Origin: the human T2T-CHM13v2.0 reference genome, Homo sapiens
Length of the DNA stretch: 64,000 bases
Strand: one strand, 5' to 3'
NCBI RefSeq assembly: GCF_009914755.1
Contig: NC_060931.1
Shown here piece after piece: positions 50,481 to 63,388 of the stretch. The notes beneath the pieces were generated by a model that did not search any database, was not told where the DNA came from, and saw only the letters and a list, made by a program, of their open reading frames with translations. The position numbers were made by a program, and so were the translations under genes. Every line of letters begins with the position of its first letter. The stretch's first letter is position 1.

Positions 50481-53400
50481 AACCTTTCTTTTCATAGAGC
50501 ACTTTTGAAACACTCTTTTTGTAGAATATACATGTGTTCATTTGGAGTGCTTTGAGGCCGTATGTGGAAAAGGAAATATCTACAAATAAAAACTAGACAG
50601 AAGCATTCTCAGAAACTTCCTTGTGATGTGTGCATTCAAATCTCAGAGTTGAACCTTCATTTTGAGAGAGCAGTTTTGAAACTGTCTTTCTGCAGAATCT
50701 GCAAGTGGATATTTGCAGCGATTTGAGACCTAGGTGAAAAAGAATATATCTTCACCTAAAAACTTGACAGAAGCATGCTCAGAAACTTTTTTGTTATGTG
50801 TACATTCAAGTAACAGAGTTGAACCTTTCTTTTGTTAGCGCAGTTTTGAAACACTCCTTTTGTGGAATCTGCTTATAATTATTTGGAGCTCTTTGAGGCC
50901 TTCTTTGGAAATGGTATATCTTCACATAAAAACTAGACAGAAGCATTCGCAGAAACAGCTTTGTGATGTGTGCATTCAACTCACAGAATTGAACCTTTCT
51001 GCTCATAGAGCAGTTTTGAAACACTCTTTTTGTGGAAACTGCAAGTGGATATTTGGAGGACTTTGAGGCCTATGGTGGAAAAGGAAATATCTTCACATAA
51101 AAACTTGAGAAAAGCATTCTCAGAAACTTCTTTGTGAGGTGTGCATTCAACTCATAGAGTGGAACATTCCTTTTGATAGAGCAGTTTTGAAAGACTCCTT
51201 TTGTAGAGTCTGCTAGTGGATATTTGGAAAGTTGTGAGGCCTTTGTTGGAAATGGGAATATCTTCACATAAAAATTGTCAGAAGCATTCTCAGAAACTGC
51301 TTTGTGATGTGTGCATTAAACTCGCAGAGTTGAACTTATCTTTTGATAGAAGAGTTTTGAAACACTCTTTTTGTAGAAACTACAAATGTTCATTCAGTGG
51401 GCTTTGAGGTCTACGGTGGAAATCGAAATATATTCACATACAAACTAGACAGAAGCATTCTCAGAAACTTCTTTGTGATGTGTGCCTTCAACTCAGAGAG
51501 TTGAACCTTCCTTTTGACAGAGCAGTTTTGAAACTGTTTTTGTAGGATCTGCAAGTGGATATTTGGAGCGATTTGCAGCCTATGGTGGAAAAGAAAATAT
51601 CTTCACTTAAAAACTAGACAGAAACATTTTCAGAAACTTCTTTGTGATGTGTGCCTTCAACTCAAAGAGTTGAACCTTTCTGTTGATAGAGGAGTTTTGA
51701 AACATTCTTTTTGTAAAATCTCTAAGTGTTCATTTGGAGCCCTTTGAGTCCTACGGTTGAAAAGGAAATATCTTCACATAAAAACTAGACAGAAGCATTC
51801 TCAGAAACTTCCTTGTGATGTGTGCACTCAACGCTCACAGTTGAACCTTCATTTTGAGAGAGCAGTTTTGATACAGTCTGTTTGTGGAATCTGCAAGTGG
51901 ATATTTGGAATGATTTGAGACCTATGGTGGAAAAGGAAATATCTTCACATAAAAACTAGACAGAAGCATTCTCCGAACCTGCTTTTTGATATGTGCATTC
52001 AACTCACAGAGTTGAACCTTTCTTTTCATAGAGCAGTTTTGAAACACTCTTTTTGTAGAATCTGCAAGTGTTCCCTTGGATCTCTTTGAGGCCTATAGTG
52101 GAAAAAAAATATTTTCACATAAAAACTACACAGAACCATTCTCAGAAACTTCTTTGTGAGGTGTGCCTTCAACTCACAGAGTTGAACCTTCCTTTTGATA
52201 GAGCAGTTTTGAAAGACTCCTTTTGTAGGATCTGTTAGTGAATATTTGGAGACTGTTGGACTTCTTCATTGGAAACAGGAATATCTTCACATAAAAATTA
52301 GTCAGAAGCATTCTCAGAAACTTCTTTGTGATGTGTGCATTAAACTCGCAGAGTTGAACTTTTCTTTTGATAGAGGAGTTTTGAAACACTCTTTTTGTAG
52401 AAAGTGCAAGTGTTCATTTAGTGCGATTTGAGGCCTATTGTGGAAAAGGAAATATCTACACATAAAAACTAGACAGAAGCATTCTCAGAAACTTCTTTTT
52501 GATGTGTGCCTTCAGCTCACAGTTGAACCTTCCTTTTGACAGAGCAGTTTTGAAACAGTCTTTTTGTAGAATCTGCAAGTGGATATTTGTAGCCCTTTGA
52601 GGCCTGTGGTGGAAAAGGAAATATCTTCACATAAAAACTAGACAGAAGCATTCTCAGAAACTGCTTTGTGATGTGTGCCTTCAACTCAAAGAGTTGAACC
52701 TTTCTTTTGATAGAGCAGTATTGAAATTCTCCTTTTGTAGAATCTGCTTGTGGATATTTGGAGCTATTTGCAGCCTTCATTGGAAATGGGATATTTACAA
52801 ATAAAAACGAGACGGAAGCATTCTCAGAAACTGCTTTGTGAGGTGGACATTCGACTCACAGTGTTGAAACTTTCTTTTGATAGAGCAGTTTTTAAACACT
52901 CTTGTAGAATCCAAAAGTGTTCGTTTGGTGCACTTTGAGGCCTTAGGTTGAAAAGGAAATATCTTCACATAAAAACCAGACAGAAGCATTCTCAGAAACT
53001 TCCTTGCGACCTGTGCACTCAACTCTCAGATGTGAACCTTCCTTTTGAGAGAGCAGTTTTGAAACAGTGTTTTTGTAGAATCTGCAAGTGGATATTTGGA
53101 GTGATTTGAAACCTATGGTGGAAAAGGAAATATCTTCACATAAAAACTTGACAGAGGCATTCTCAGAAACTTCTTGGTGATGTGTGCATTGAAGTAACAG
53201 AGTTGAACCTTTCTTTTGATAGAGCAGTTTTGAAACACTCCTGTCATGTAATCTGCTTGTAATTATTTGGAGCTCTTTGAGGCCTGCCTAGGAAAAGGGA
53301 TATCTTCACATAAAAACTAGACAGAAGCATTCTCAGAAAATGCTTTGTGATGTGTGCATTCAACTCGCAGAGTTGAACCTTCCTTTTGATGGAGGTTTTT

Positions 53401-54306
53401 TGAAACAGTCTTTTTGTAGAATCCGCAAGTGGATATTTGGAGCAATTTGAGGCCTAGGGTGGAAAAGAAAATATCTTCACATAAAAACTAGACAAAAACA
53501 TTCTCAGAAACTTCTGGTGTTGTCTGCATTCAACTCACAGAGTTGAATCTTTCTTTTGATAGAGCAGTTTTGAAACACTCTTTGTGTAGAATCTGCAAGT
53601 GTTCATTTGGAGCGCTTTCAGGCCTATGGTGGAAAAGGAAATATCTTCACATAAAAACAAGACAGAAGCATTCTCAGAAACTTCTTTGTGAGGTGTGCAT
53701 TCAACCCACAGAGTTGTACCTTCCTTTTCATAGAGCCGTTTTGAAAGACTCCTTTTGTAGAATCTGCTAGTGGATATTTGGAGATTTTGGAGAGTTTCGT
53801 TTTAAAAGGCAATATCTTCACATAAAAACTGGTCAGAAGCATTCTCAGAAACTGCTTTGTGATGTGTGCATTAAACTCGCAGAGTTGAACTTTTCTTTTG
53901 ATAGAGGAGATTTGAAACACTCTTTTTTTAGAAACTGCAAGTGTTCATTATTGCACTTTGAGGCCTATGGTAGAAAAGGAAATATCTTCACATAAAAACT
54001 AGACAGAAGCATTCTCAGAAACTTGTTTGTGACGTGTGCCGTCAACTCACAGAGTTGAACCTTCCTTTTGACAGAGCAGTTTTGAAACAGTCTTTTTGTA
54101 GAATCTGCAAGTGGAGAGTTGGAGCGATTTGAGGCCTATGGTGGAAAAGAAAATATCTTCACATAAAAACTAGACAGAAGCATTCTCAGAAACTTCTTTG
54201 TGATGTTTGCATTCAACTCACAGAGCTTAACCTTTCTTTTGATAGAGCAGTTTTGAAACCCTCTGTTTGTAAAGTCTGCAAGTGGATATTTTAAACTCTT
54301 TGAGGC

Positions 54307-54323
54307 CTTCGTTGGAAACGGGA
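54307..54323 (+). other. Isolated canonical CENP-B box
   Basis: CTTCGTTGGAAACGGGA exact, in a region of otherwise degenerate boxes. Confidence 0.92.
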
Positions 54324-57300
54324 TTTCTTCATATAAAACTGGACTGAAGAATTCTGAGAAACTTCCTTGTGATGTTTGCATTCAACTCACAGAGTTGAAC
54401 TTTTCTATTAATAGAGCAGTTTTGAAACACTCTTTTTGTAGAATCTGCAAGTGCTTATTTGGAGCGCTTTGAGGCCTATGGTGGAAAACGAAATATGTTC
54501 ACATAAAAAGTAGACAGAAGGATTCTCAGAAATTTCTTTGTGATGTGTGTATTCAACTCACAGATTTGAACATTTCTTTTGATACAGCAGTATTGAAACT
54601 CTCCTTTTGCAGAATCTGCTCGAGAATATTTGGAGCCCTTTGAGGCCTTCGTTGGAAATGGGATATCTTCAAATGAAAACTAGACGGAAGCATTCTCAGA
54701 AACTACTTCTGAGGTGTGCATTCAAATCACAGAGTTGAACCTTTCTTTTCATAGAGCTGTTTTGAAACACTCTTTTTGTAGAGTCTGCAAGTGTTCATTT
54801 GGACCGCTTTGAGGCCTATGGTGGAAAAGGAAATATCTTCAGATAAAAACTAGACAGAAGCATTATCAGAAACTTCTTTGTGAGTTTTGCATTCAACTAA
54901 TAGAGTTGAACCTTCCTTTTGATAAAGAAGTTTTGAAAGACTCCTTTTGTAGATTATGCTAGTGGATATTTGGAGATTTTGGAGGACTTCGTTGGACATG
55001 GGAATATCTTCAAATAAAAGCTAGTCAGAAGCATTCTCAGAAACTGCTTTGTGATGTGTGCATTCAACTCACAGAGTTGAAATTTTCTTTTGATAGAACT
55101 GCTTTGAAACACTCTTTTTTGTAGAAACTGCATGTATTCATTTAGTGCGGTTTGAGGTCTTAGTTGGAAAAGGGAAAATCTTCACATATAAAATAGACAG
55201 AAGCATTCTCAGAAACTTCCTTGTGATGTGTGCATTGAACTCTCAGAGATGAACTTTCCTTTTGAGAGAGCAGTTTTGCAACAGTCTTTTTGCAGTTTCT
55301 GCAAGTGGACATTTGGAGCGATTTGAGATCTATGGTTGAAAAGGATATATCTTCACATAAAAACTTGACAGAAGCATTCTCAACAACTTCTTTGTGATGT
55401 GTGCCTTCAACTCACAGAGTTGAACATTCCTTATGACAGAGCAGGTTTGAAACAGTGTTCTTGTAGAATCTGCAAGTGGATATTTGGAGCGATTTTTGGC
55501 CTATGGTGGAAAAGAAAATATCTTCACATAAAAACTAGACAGAAGCGTTCTCATAAACCTTGTAATGTTTGCATTCAACTCACACAGCTGAACATTCCTT
55601 TTGATAGAGCAGTTTTGAAACACTCTTTTGTAGAATCTGCAAGTGAATATTTGGAGCGCTTTGAGGCCTTTGTTGGAAATGGGAATATCTTCACATAAAA
55701 ACTAGATAGAAGCATTCTCAGAATCTTCTGTGTCATGTGTCCATTCAACTTACAGAATTGAACCTTTCTTTTCATAGGATAGTTTTGATACACTCTTTTT
55801 GTAGAATCTGTAATTGGACATTTGGAGTTCTTTAAGTCCTGTGGTGGATAAGGAAATAATTTCACATAAAAACTAGACAGAAGCATTCTCAGAAACTTCT
55901 ATGTGATGTGTGCATTCAACTCACAGAGTTGAACCTTCCTTTTGACAGAGCAGTTTGGAAACACTCTTTTTGTAGGATCTGCAAGTGGATATTAGGAGCC
56001 CTTTTTGGCCTATGGTATAAACGGAAATATCTTCACATTAAAAGTAGACAGAAGCATTCTCCGAAACTACTTTGTGACTTGTGCATTAAACCCAGAGAGT
56101 TTAACCTTCCTTTTTATGGTGCAGTTTTGAAACACTCTTTCTGTAGGATCTGCAAGTGGATATTCAGAGCGCTTTCAGGCCTATAGTAGAAAAGGAACTA
56201 TCTTCATATAAAAACTAGACAGAAGCATTCCCAGAAACTACTTTGTGATGTTTGCATTCAAGTCACAGGGTTGAACATTCTTTTTGATAAAGCAGTTTTG
56301 AAACACTCTTTTTGTAAAATCTGGAAGTGCATATTTGGACGGCTTTGAGGCCTTTGTTGGAAATGGGAATATCTTCACATAAAAATTAGACAGAAGCATT
56401 CTCACAAAATTCTGTGATGTGTGCATTCAACTCACAGAGTTGAAACTTTCTTTTGATAGAACTGTTCTCAAAGGCTCTTTTTGTAGAATATGCAGGTGGA
56501 CATTTTGAGCTCTTTTAGGACTGTGGTGGAAATGGAAATATCTTCACATACAAACTAGACAGAAGCCTTCTCAGAGACTTCTTTGTGATGTGCACATTCA
56601 ACCCAAAGAGTTGAATCTTCCCTTTGATAGAGCAGTTTCAAAACACTCTTTTTGTAGAATCTGCAAGGGGATATGTGGAGTGCTTTGAGGCCTACGGTGG
56701 AAACGGGAATATCTTCACATACAAACTAGACAGAAGCATTCTCATAAACTTCTTTGTGATGTGTGCATTCAACTCAGGGAGTTGAAACTTCCTATTGATA
56801 CAGCAGTTTTGAAAATCTCTTTTTGTAGAAACTTCAAGTGGATACTTGGAGCAATTTGAGCCCTTCATTGGAAATGGGAATATCTTCACATAAAAACTAG
56901 ACAGAAGTCTTCTCAGAAACTTCTTTGTGATGTGTGCATTCAACTCACAGAATTGAACTTTGCTTTTCATAGAGCAGTTTTGAAACACTCTTTTTGTAGA
57001 ATCTGCAAGTGGATATTTGGACTGATTTGAGGCCCTCGTTGGAAACCGGATTATCTTCACATAAAAACTAGACAGAAGCATTCTCAGAAACTCCGTTGTG
57101 ATGTGTGCATTGAACTCACAGAATTGAACCTTTCTTCTGATAGAGAAGTTTTGAAACACTCTTTTTGTAGAATCTGCAAGTGGACATTTGGAGTGCTTTG
57201 AGGCCTCTGGTGGAAAAGGAAATAACTTCGCATAAAAACTAGACAGAAGCATTCTCAGAAACTATTTTGTGAAGTGTGCATTCTACTCAGAGAATAGAAC

Positions 57301-58571
57301 CTTTTTTTTTGATAGAGCAGTTCTGAAACACTCTTTCTGTAGTATCTGCAAGTGGATATTTGGAGCACTTTGTGGCCTATGGTAGAAAAGGAAATATCGT
57401 CATATAAAACCTAGACAGAACCATTCTCAGAAACTACATAGTGATGTTTGCATTCAACTCACAGAGTTCAACATTCCTTTTGATAGAGCAGTTTTGGAAC
57501 ACTTTTTTGGTAGTATATGCCAGTGGATATTTGGGGTGCTTAGAGGCCTTTGTCAGAAACGGGAATATCTTCACTAAAGCTAGACAAAAGCATTCTCAGA
57601 AACTTCTCTGTGATGTGTGCATTCAACTCACAGAGTTGAACATTTCTTTTGAAAGACCAGTATTGAATCACACTTTTTGTAGAACCTGCCAGTGGACATT
57701 TGTAGCTCTTAGAGGATTGTGATGGAAAAGGAAATATCTTCACATAAAAAGTAGACAGAAGCATTCTCAGAGACTTCTTTGTGATGTGTGCATTCAACAC
57801 ACAGAGTTCAACATTCTCTTTGATAGAGCACTTTTGAAACACTCTTTTTGTAGAATCTGCAAGGGGATATTTGGAGTGCTTTGAGGCCTACGGTGGAAGC
57901 GGGAATATCTTCACATAAAAACTAGACAGAAGCATTCTCAGAGACTTTTTGGTTATGTGTGCATTCAACTCACAGAATTGAACCTTTCTTCTGATAGAGC
58001 ACTTTTGAACAACTCTTTTTGTAGAATCTGCAAGTGGACATTTGGGGCGTTTAGGGGCCTGTGGTGGAAAAGGAAACAACTTCACATAAATACTAGACAG
58101 AAGCATCCTTAGAAACTTCTTAGTGATGTGTGCATTCAACTCACAGAGTTGAACCTTCCTTTTGATAGAGTAGTTTTGAAATACTCTTTTTGTTGAATCG
58201 GCAACTGGATATATGCTTTGCTTAGAGGCCAATGGGGGAAAGGGGAATATCTTTACATAAAAACTAGACAGAAGCATTCACATAACTTTCTTTGTCATGT
58301 GTGCATTCAACTCAGAGAGTTGAAACATCCTATTGTTAGAGCAGTTTTGAAACACTCTTTTTGTAGAATCTGCAAGTGGATATTTGGAGTGCTTTGAAGC
58401 CTATGGTAGAAAAGGAAATATCTTCCTATAAAAAGTAGACAGAAGCATTCTCAGAAACTACTTTGTTATGTTTGCATTCAAATCACACAGTTGAACATTC
58501 CTTTTGATAGAGCAGTTTTGAAACGCTCTTTTTGTAGAATCTGCAAGTGGATATTTGGACGGCTTTGAGGC

Positions 58572-58588
58572 CTTCGTTGTAAACGGGA
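58572..58588 (+). other. Last CENP-B-box core in the window
   Basis: CTTCGTTGTAAACGGGA keeps TTCG-n4-A-n2-CGGG. Confidence 0.75.
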
Positions 58589-59900
58589 ATATCTTCACAT
58601 AAAAACTAGACAGAAGCATTCTCAGAATTTTCTTTTTGACGTGTGCATTAAACTCAAAGAATTGAACATTTCTTTTTATAGAACACTTTTGAAACACTCT
58701 TTTTGAAGAATCTGCAAGTGGACATTTGGAGTTCTTTGAGGACTGTGGTGGAAATGGAAATATCTTCACATAAAATCTAGACAGAAGCATTCTCAGAGAC
58801 TTCTTTGTGATGTGTGCATTCAACTCACAGAGTTGAACCTTCCCTTTGATGGAGCAGTTTTGAAACACTCTTTTTGTACATTCTGAAAGGGGATATTTGG
58901 AGTGTTTGAGGCCTATGGTGGAATCGGTAATATTTTCACATAAAAATTAGACAGAAGCATTCTCAAACCTCTTTGTGATGTGTGCATTCAACTCACAGAG
59001 TTGAAACTTCCTAATGATACAGCAGTTTGGAAAAACTGTTTTTGTAGAATTTTCAAGTGGATATTTGGAGCACTTTGAGCCCTTCATTGGAAACGGGAAT
59101 ATCTTCACATAAAAAATAGACAGGAGCATTATCAGAAACTTCTTTGTGATGTGTGCATTCAACTCACAGAATTTAACCTTATTTTTCATAGAGCAGTTTT
59201 GAAACACTTTTTGTATAATCTGCAAGTGGATATATGGAGAGTTTTGAGGCCTGTGGTTGAAATGGAAATATCTTCACAGAAAAACTAGACAGAAGCATTC
59301 TCAGAGACTTCTTTGTGATGTGTGCATTCAACTCACAGAGTTGAACCTTCCCTTTGATAGAGCAGTTTTGAGACACTCTTTTTGTAGAATCTGCAAGGGG
59401 ATATTTGGAGTGCTTTGAGATCCATGGTGGAAATGGGGATATCTTCACATAAAAATTAGACAGAAGCATTCTCATAAGCTTCTTTGTGATGTGTGTATTC
59501 ACCTCAGAGAGTTGAAACTTCCTATTGATACAGCTCTTTTGAAAAACTCTTTTTGTAGAATCTTCAATTAGATAATTGGAGCGCTTTGAGCCCTTCATTG
59601 GAAACAGAAATATCTTCACATAAAAACTGGACAGAAGCATTCTGAGAAACTTCTTTGTGATGTGTGACATCAACTCACAGAATTGAACCTTACTTTTCGT
59701 AGAGCAGTTTTGAAACACTGTTTTTCTAGAATCTGCAAGTGGATATTTGGACCGCTTTGAGGACTTCATTGTAAACAGGAATATCTTCCCATAAAAACTG
59801 GACAGAAGCTTTCTCCTAAACTTCTTTGTGATGTGTTCATTCAACTCACAGAATTCAACCATTGTTTTCATGCAGCACTTTTGAAACACTCTTTTTGTAG

Positions 59901-60242
59901 AATCTGCAAGTGGACATTTAGAGTGCTTTGAGGCCTTCTTTGGAAAGGGGTATATCTTCACATAAAAACTAGACAGAATTGCTCTCAGAAACTTCTTCCT
60001 GATGTGTGCATTCAAGTCACAGAATTGAAGATTTCTTTTGATAGAGAAGTTTTGTAACACTCTTTTTGTAGTATCTGCAAGTGGACATTTGGAGCGCTTT
60101 GAGGCCTTCTTTGGAAAGGGGTATATCTTCACATAAAAACTAGACAGAATTGCTCTCAGAAACTTCTTCCTGATGTGTGCATTCAAGTCACAGAATTGAA
60201 GATTTCTTTTGATAGAGAAGTTTTGTAACACTCTTTTTGTAG
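59901..60242 (+). repeat. Tandem duplication of a single 171-bp monomer
   Basis: 59925-60071 is identical to 60096-60242 by eye; 3 mismatches in the preceding 24 bp. Confidence 0.93.
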
Positions 60243-61959
60243 AATCTGCTAGTGGATATTCAGAGTGCTTGGAGACCTATGGTGGAAAAGGAAATATGTT
60301 CATGTAAAAACTAGACAGAAGCATTCTCAGAAACTTCTTTGTGACGTGTGCGTTCCATTCACAGAGTTGAACCTTTCCTTTGATAGAGCAGTTTTGAAAC
60401 ACTATTTTTGTAGAATATGCGAGTAGATATTTGGATCGCTTTGAGGCCTATGTTGGAAAAGGAAATATCTTCACATAAAAATTACACAGAAGAATTCTCA
60501 GAAACTACTTTTAGATGTGCACATTCAACTTGCAGAGTTGAACATTTCTTTTGATAGAGCAGTTTTTAAACACTCTGTTTGTAGTATCTGTAAGTGGATA
60601 TTTTGTTCCTTTTGAGGACTATGGTGAAAAATGAAATATCTTCACATAAAAACTAGACACAAGCATTCTCCCAAATTTCTCGGTGCTGTGTGCATTCAAC
60701 CCACAGTATGGAACCTTTCTTTTGATAGAGCAGTTTTGAAACACTCTTTTTGTAGAATCTGCAATTGGATATTTAGTTTCCTTTGAGGACTGTGTTGGAA
60801 AATGAAATATCTTCACATAAAAACTAGACAGAAGAATTCTCCGAAACTTCTTCATGATGTATGCATTCAACTCACAGAGTTGAACCTTACTTTTGATAGA
60901 GCAGTTTTGAAACACTCCTTTGTGGAATCTTAAAGTGGATATTTAGATTCCTTTGAGGCCTGTGGTGGAAAACGAAATACGTTTACATAAAAACTAGACA
61001 GAAGCATTCTCAGGAACTTCTCTGTGATGAGTGAATTCAACTCACAGAGTTGAAACTTTCTTTTTACAGAGCAGTTTTGAAACACACTTTTTGTAGAATC
61101 TGCAATTGGATATTTGGTTCCCTTTGATGACTATAGTGAAAAAGGAATTATCTTCACATAAAAACTAGAAAGAAGAATTCTCCAAAACTTCTTTGTGATG
61201 TGTGTATTCACCTCACATAGTTGAACCTTTCTTTTGATAGAGCAGTTTTCAAACACTCTTTTTGTAGAATCTGCAAGTGGATATTTGGTTTCCTTTGAGG
61301 CCTCTGTTCGAAAACGAAATATCTTCACATAAAAACCAGACAGAAGCATTCTCAGAAACTTCTTTGCAATGTGTGCATTCAACTCACAGAGGTGAACCTT
61401 TATTTTAATAGAGCAGTTTTGAAACACGCTTTTTGTAGAATCTGCAAGTGGATATTGGGAGTGATTTGTGGCCTATGGCGGAAAAAGAAATATCTTCACA
61501 TAAAAACAAGAGAGAAGCTTGCTCAGAAACTTCATTGTGAAGTGTGAATTCAACTCCCAGAGTTGAATCTTTCTTTGGTTAGAGCAGTTTTCAATCAATC
61601 TTTTTGTAGAATCTGCAAGTGGATATTTGGTTCCCTTTGAGGTCTATGGTGAAAAAGGAAATATCTTCACATATAAACTACACACAAGTATTCTCTGAAA
61701 CTACCTTGTGATGTGTACATTCAACCCATAGATTGGAACCCTTCTTTTGATAGAGCAGTTTTGAAGCACTCTTTTTGTATAAATTGCAAGTGGATATTTG
61801 GAGCGCTTGGAGGCATATGGTGGAAAAGAAAATATTTTCACATAAAAACTAGACATAAGCATTCTCCGAAACTTCTTTGTGATATGTGCATTCAACTCAC
61901 AGAGTTGAATCTGTCTTTTGATAGAGCAGTTTGGAAACACTGTTTTTGTAGAATCTGCC

Positions 61960-63388
61960 AGTGGATATTTGGAGCACTTGGAGGCCTATGGTGGAAAAGA
62001 AAATATCTTCACATAAAAACAAGACACAAGCATTCTCCGAAACTTCCTTGTGATGTGTGCATTCAACTCACAGAGTTGAACACTTCTTTTCGTAGAGTAG
62101 TTTTGAACCACTCTTTTTGTAGAATCTGCAAGTGAATATTTGGAGTGCATTGAGGCCTATCGTGGAAAAGGAATTATCTTCACATAAAAACTAGACAAAA
62201 GCATTGTCAGAAACTTCTTTGTGATGTGTGCATTCAAAGCACAGAGTTGAACCTTTGTTTTAAAAGAGCAATTTTGAAACACTCTTTTTGTAGTATCTGA
62301 AAGTGGATATTTTGTTCCCTTTGAAGCCTATGGTGAAAAAGGAAATATATTCACATAAAAATTAGGCACAAGCATTATCAAAAACTTCGTTGTGGTGTGT
62401 GAATTCAACTCTCAGAGTTGAACATTTCTTTTAAAGGAGCAGTTTTGAAACACTCTTTTTGTATAATCTGCAAGTGGATATTTGTATCGCTTTGAGGCCT
62501 ATGGTGGAAAAGGAAATATTTTCACAGAAAAACTAGACAGAAGAATTCTCAGAAATATATTTGTGATGTGTGCATTCAACTCACACAGTTGAACCTTTCT
62601 TTTGGTAGAGCAGTTTTGAAACAATCTTTTTGTAGTATCTGCAAGTGGATATTTGGAGCACTTGGAGACCTATGGTGGAAAAGAAAATATCTTCACATAA
62701 AAACAAGACACAAGCATTCTCCGAAACTTCCTTGTGATGTGTGCATTCAACTCACAGAGTTGAACACTTCTTTTCATAGAGTAGTTTTGAACCACTCTTT
62801 TTGTAGAATCTGCAAGTGAATATTTGGAGCGCATTGAGGCCTATTGTGGAAAAGGAAATATCTTCACATAAAAACTAGACAAAAGCATTGTCAGAAACTT
62901 CTTTGTGATGTGTGCATTCAAAGCACAGAGTTGAACCTTTGTTTTAATAGAGCAATTTTGAAACACTCTTTTTGTAGGATCTGAAAGTGGATATTTTGTT
63001 CCCTTTGTGGCCTATGGTGAAAAAGGAAATATATTCACATAAAAATTAGGCACAATCATTATCAAAAACTTCTTTGTGATGTGTGAATTCAACTCTCAGA
63101 GTTGAACATTTCTTTTAAAGGAGCAGTTTTGAAACACTCTTTTTGTATAATCTGCAAGTGTATATTTGTATCGCTTTGAGGCCTATGGTGGAAAAGGAAA
63201 TATTTTCACAGAAACACTAGACAGAAGAATTCTCAGAAATATATTTGTGATGTGTGCCTTCAACTCACACAGTTGAACCTTTCTTTTGGTAGAGCAGTTT
63301 TGAAACAATCTTTTTGTAGTATCTGCAAGTGGATATTTGGAGCACTTGGAGGCCTATGGTGGAAAAGAAAATATCTTCACATAAAAAC
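61960..63388 (+). repeat. Tandem duplication of a 684-bp A-only tetramer (~2.1 copies)
   Basis: 'aagacacaagcattctccgaaacttccttg' at 62021/62705; cattgtcag, caaagcacag, aaattaggcacaa and gaaatatatttgtg also recur at +684. ORF coordinates 62135/62819 and 62568/63252. Confidence 0.92.
62499..62515 (+). other. A-box / pJalpha-type motif (representative)
   Basis: CTATGGTGGAAAAGGAA at the monomer position that the CENP-B box occupies in B monomers. Confidence 0.75.

Larger units (their letters stand above)
50480..60250 (+). repeat. Divergent alpha satellite with irregular A/B alternation (SF5/R1-R2-like)
   Basis: Monomers end in 'atatcttcacataaaaactagacagaagcattctc'. Runs of A-box monomers (cctatggtggaaaagg) are interspersed with degenerate B boxes (ccttc[a/t]ttggaaatggg, cctttgttggaaatggg). 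Confidence 0.65.

Noticed and set aside
59179-60231. 350-aa minus-strand ORF with internal 57-aa repeats
   Set aside because: 171 bp equals 57 codons, so indel-free monomers stay in a stop-poor frame; it is six monomers read through, including the duplicated one.
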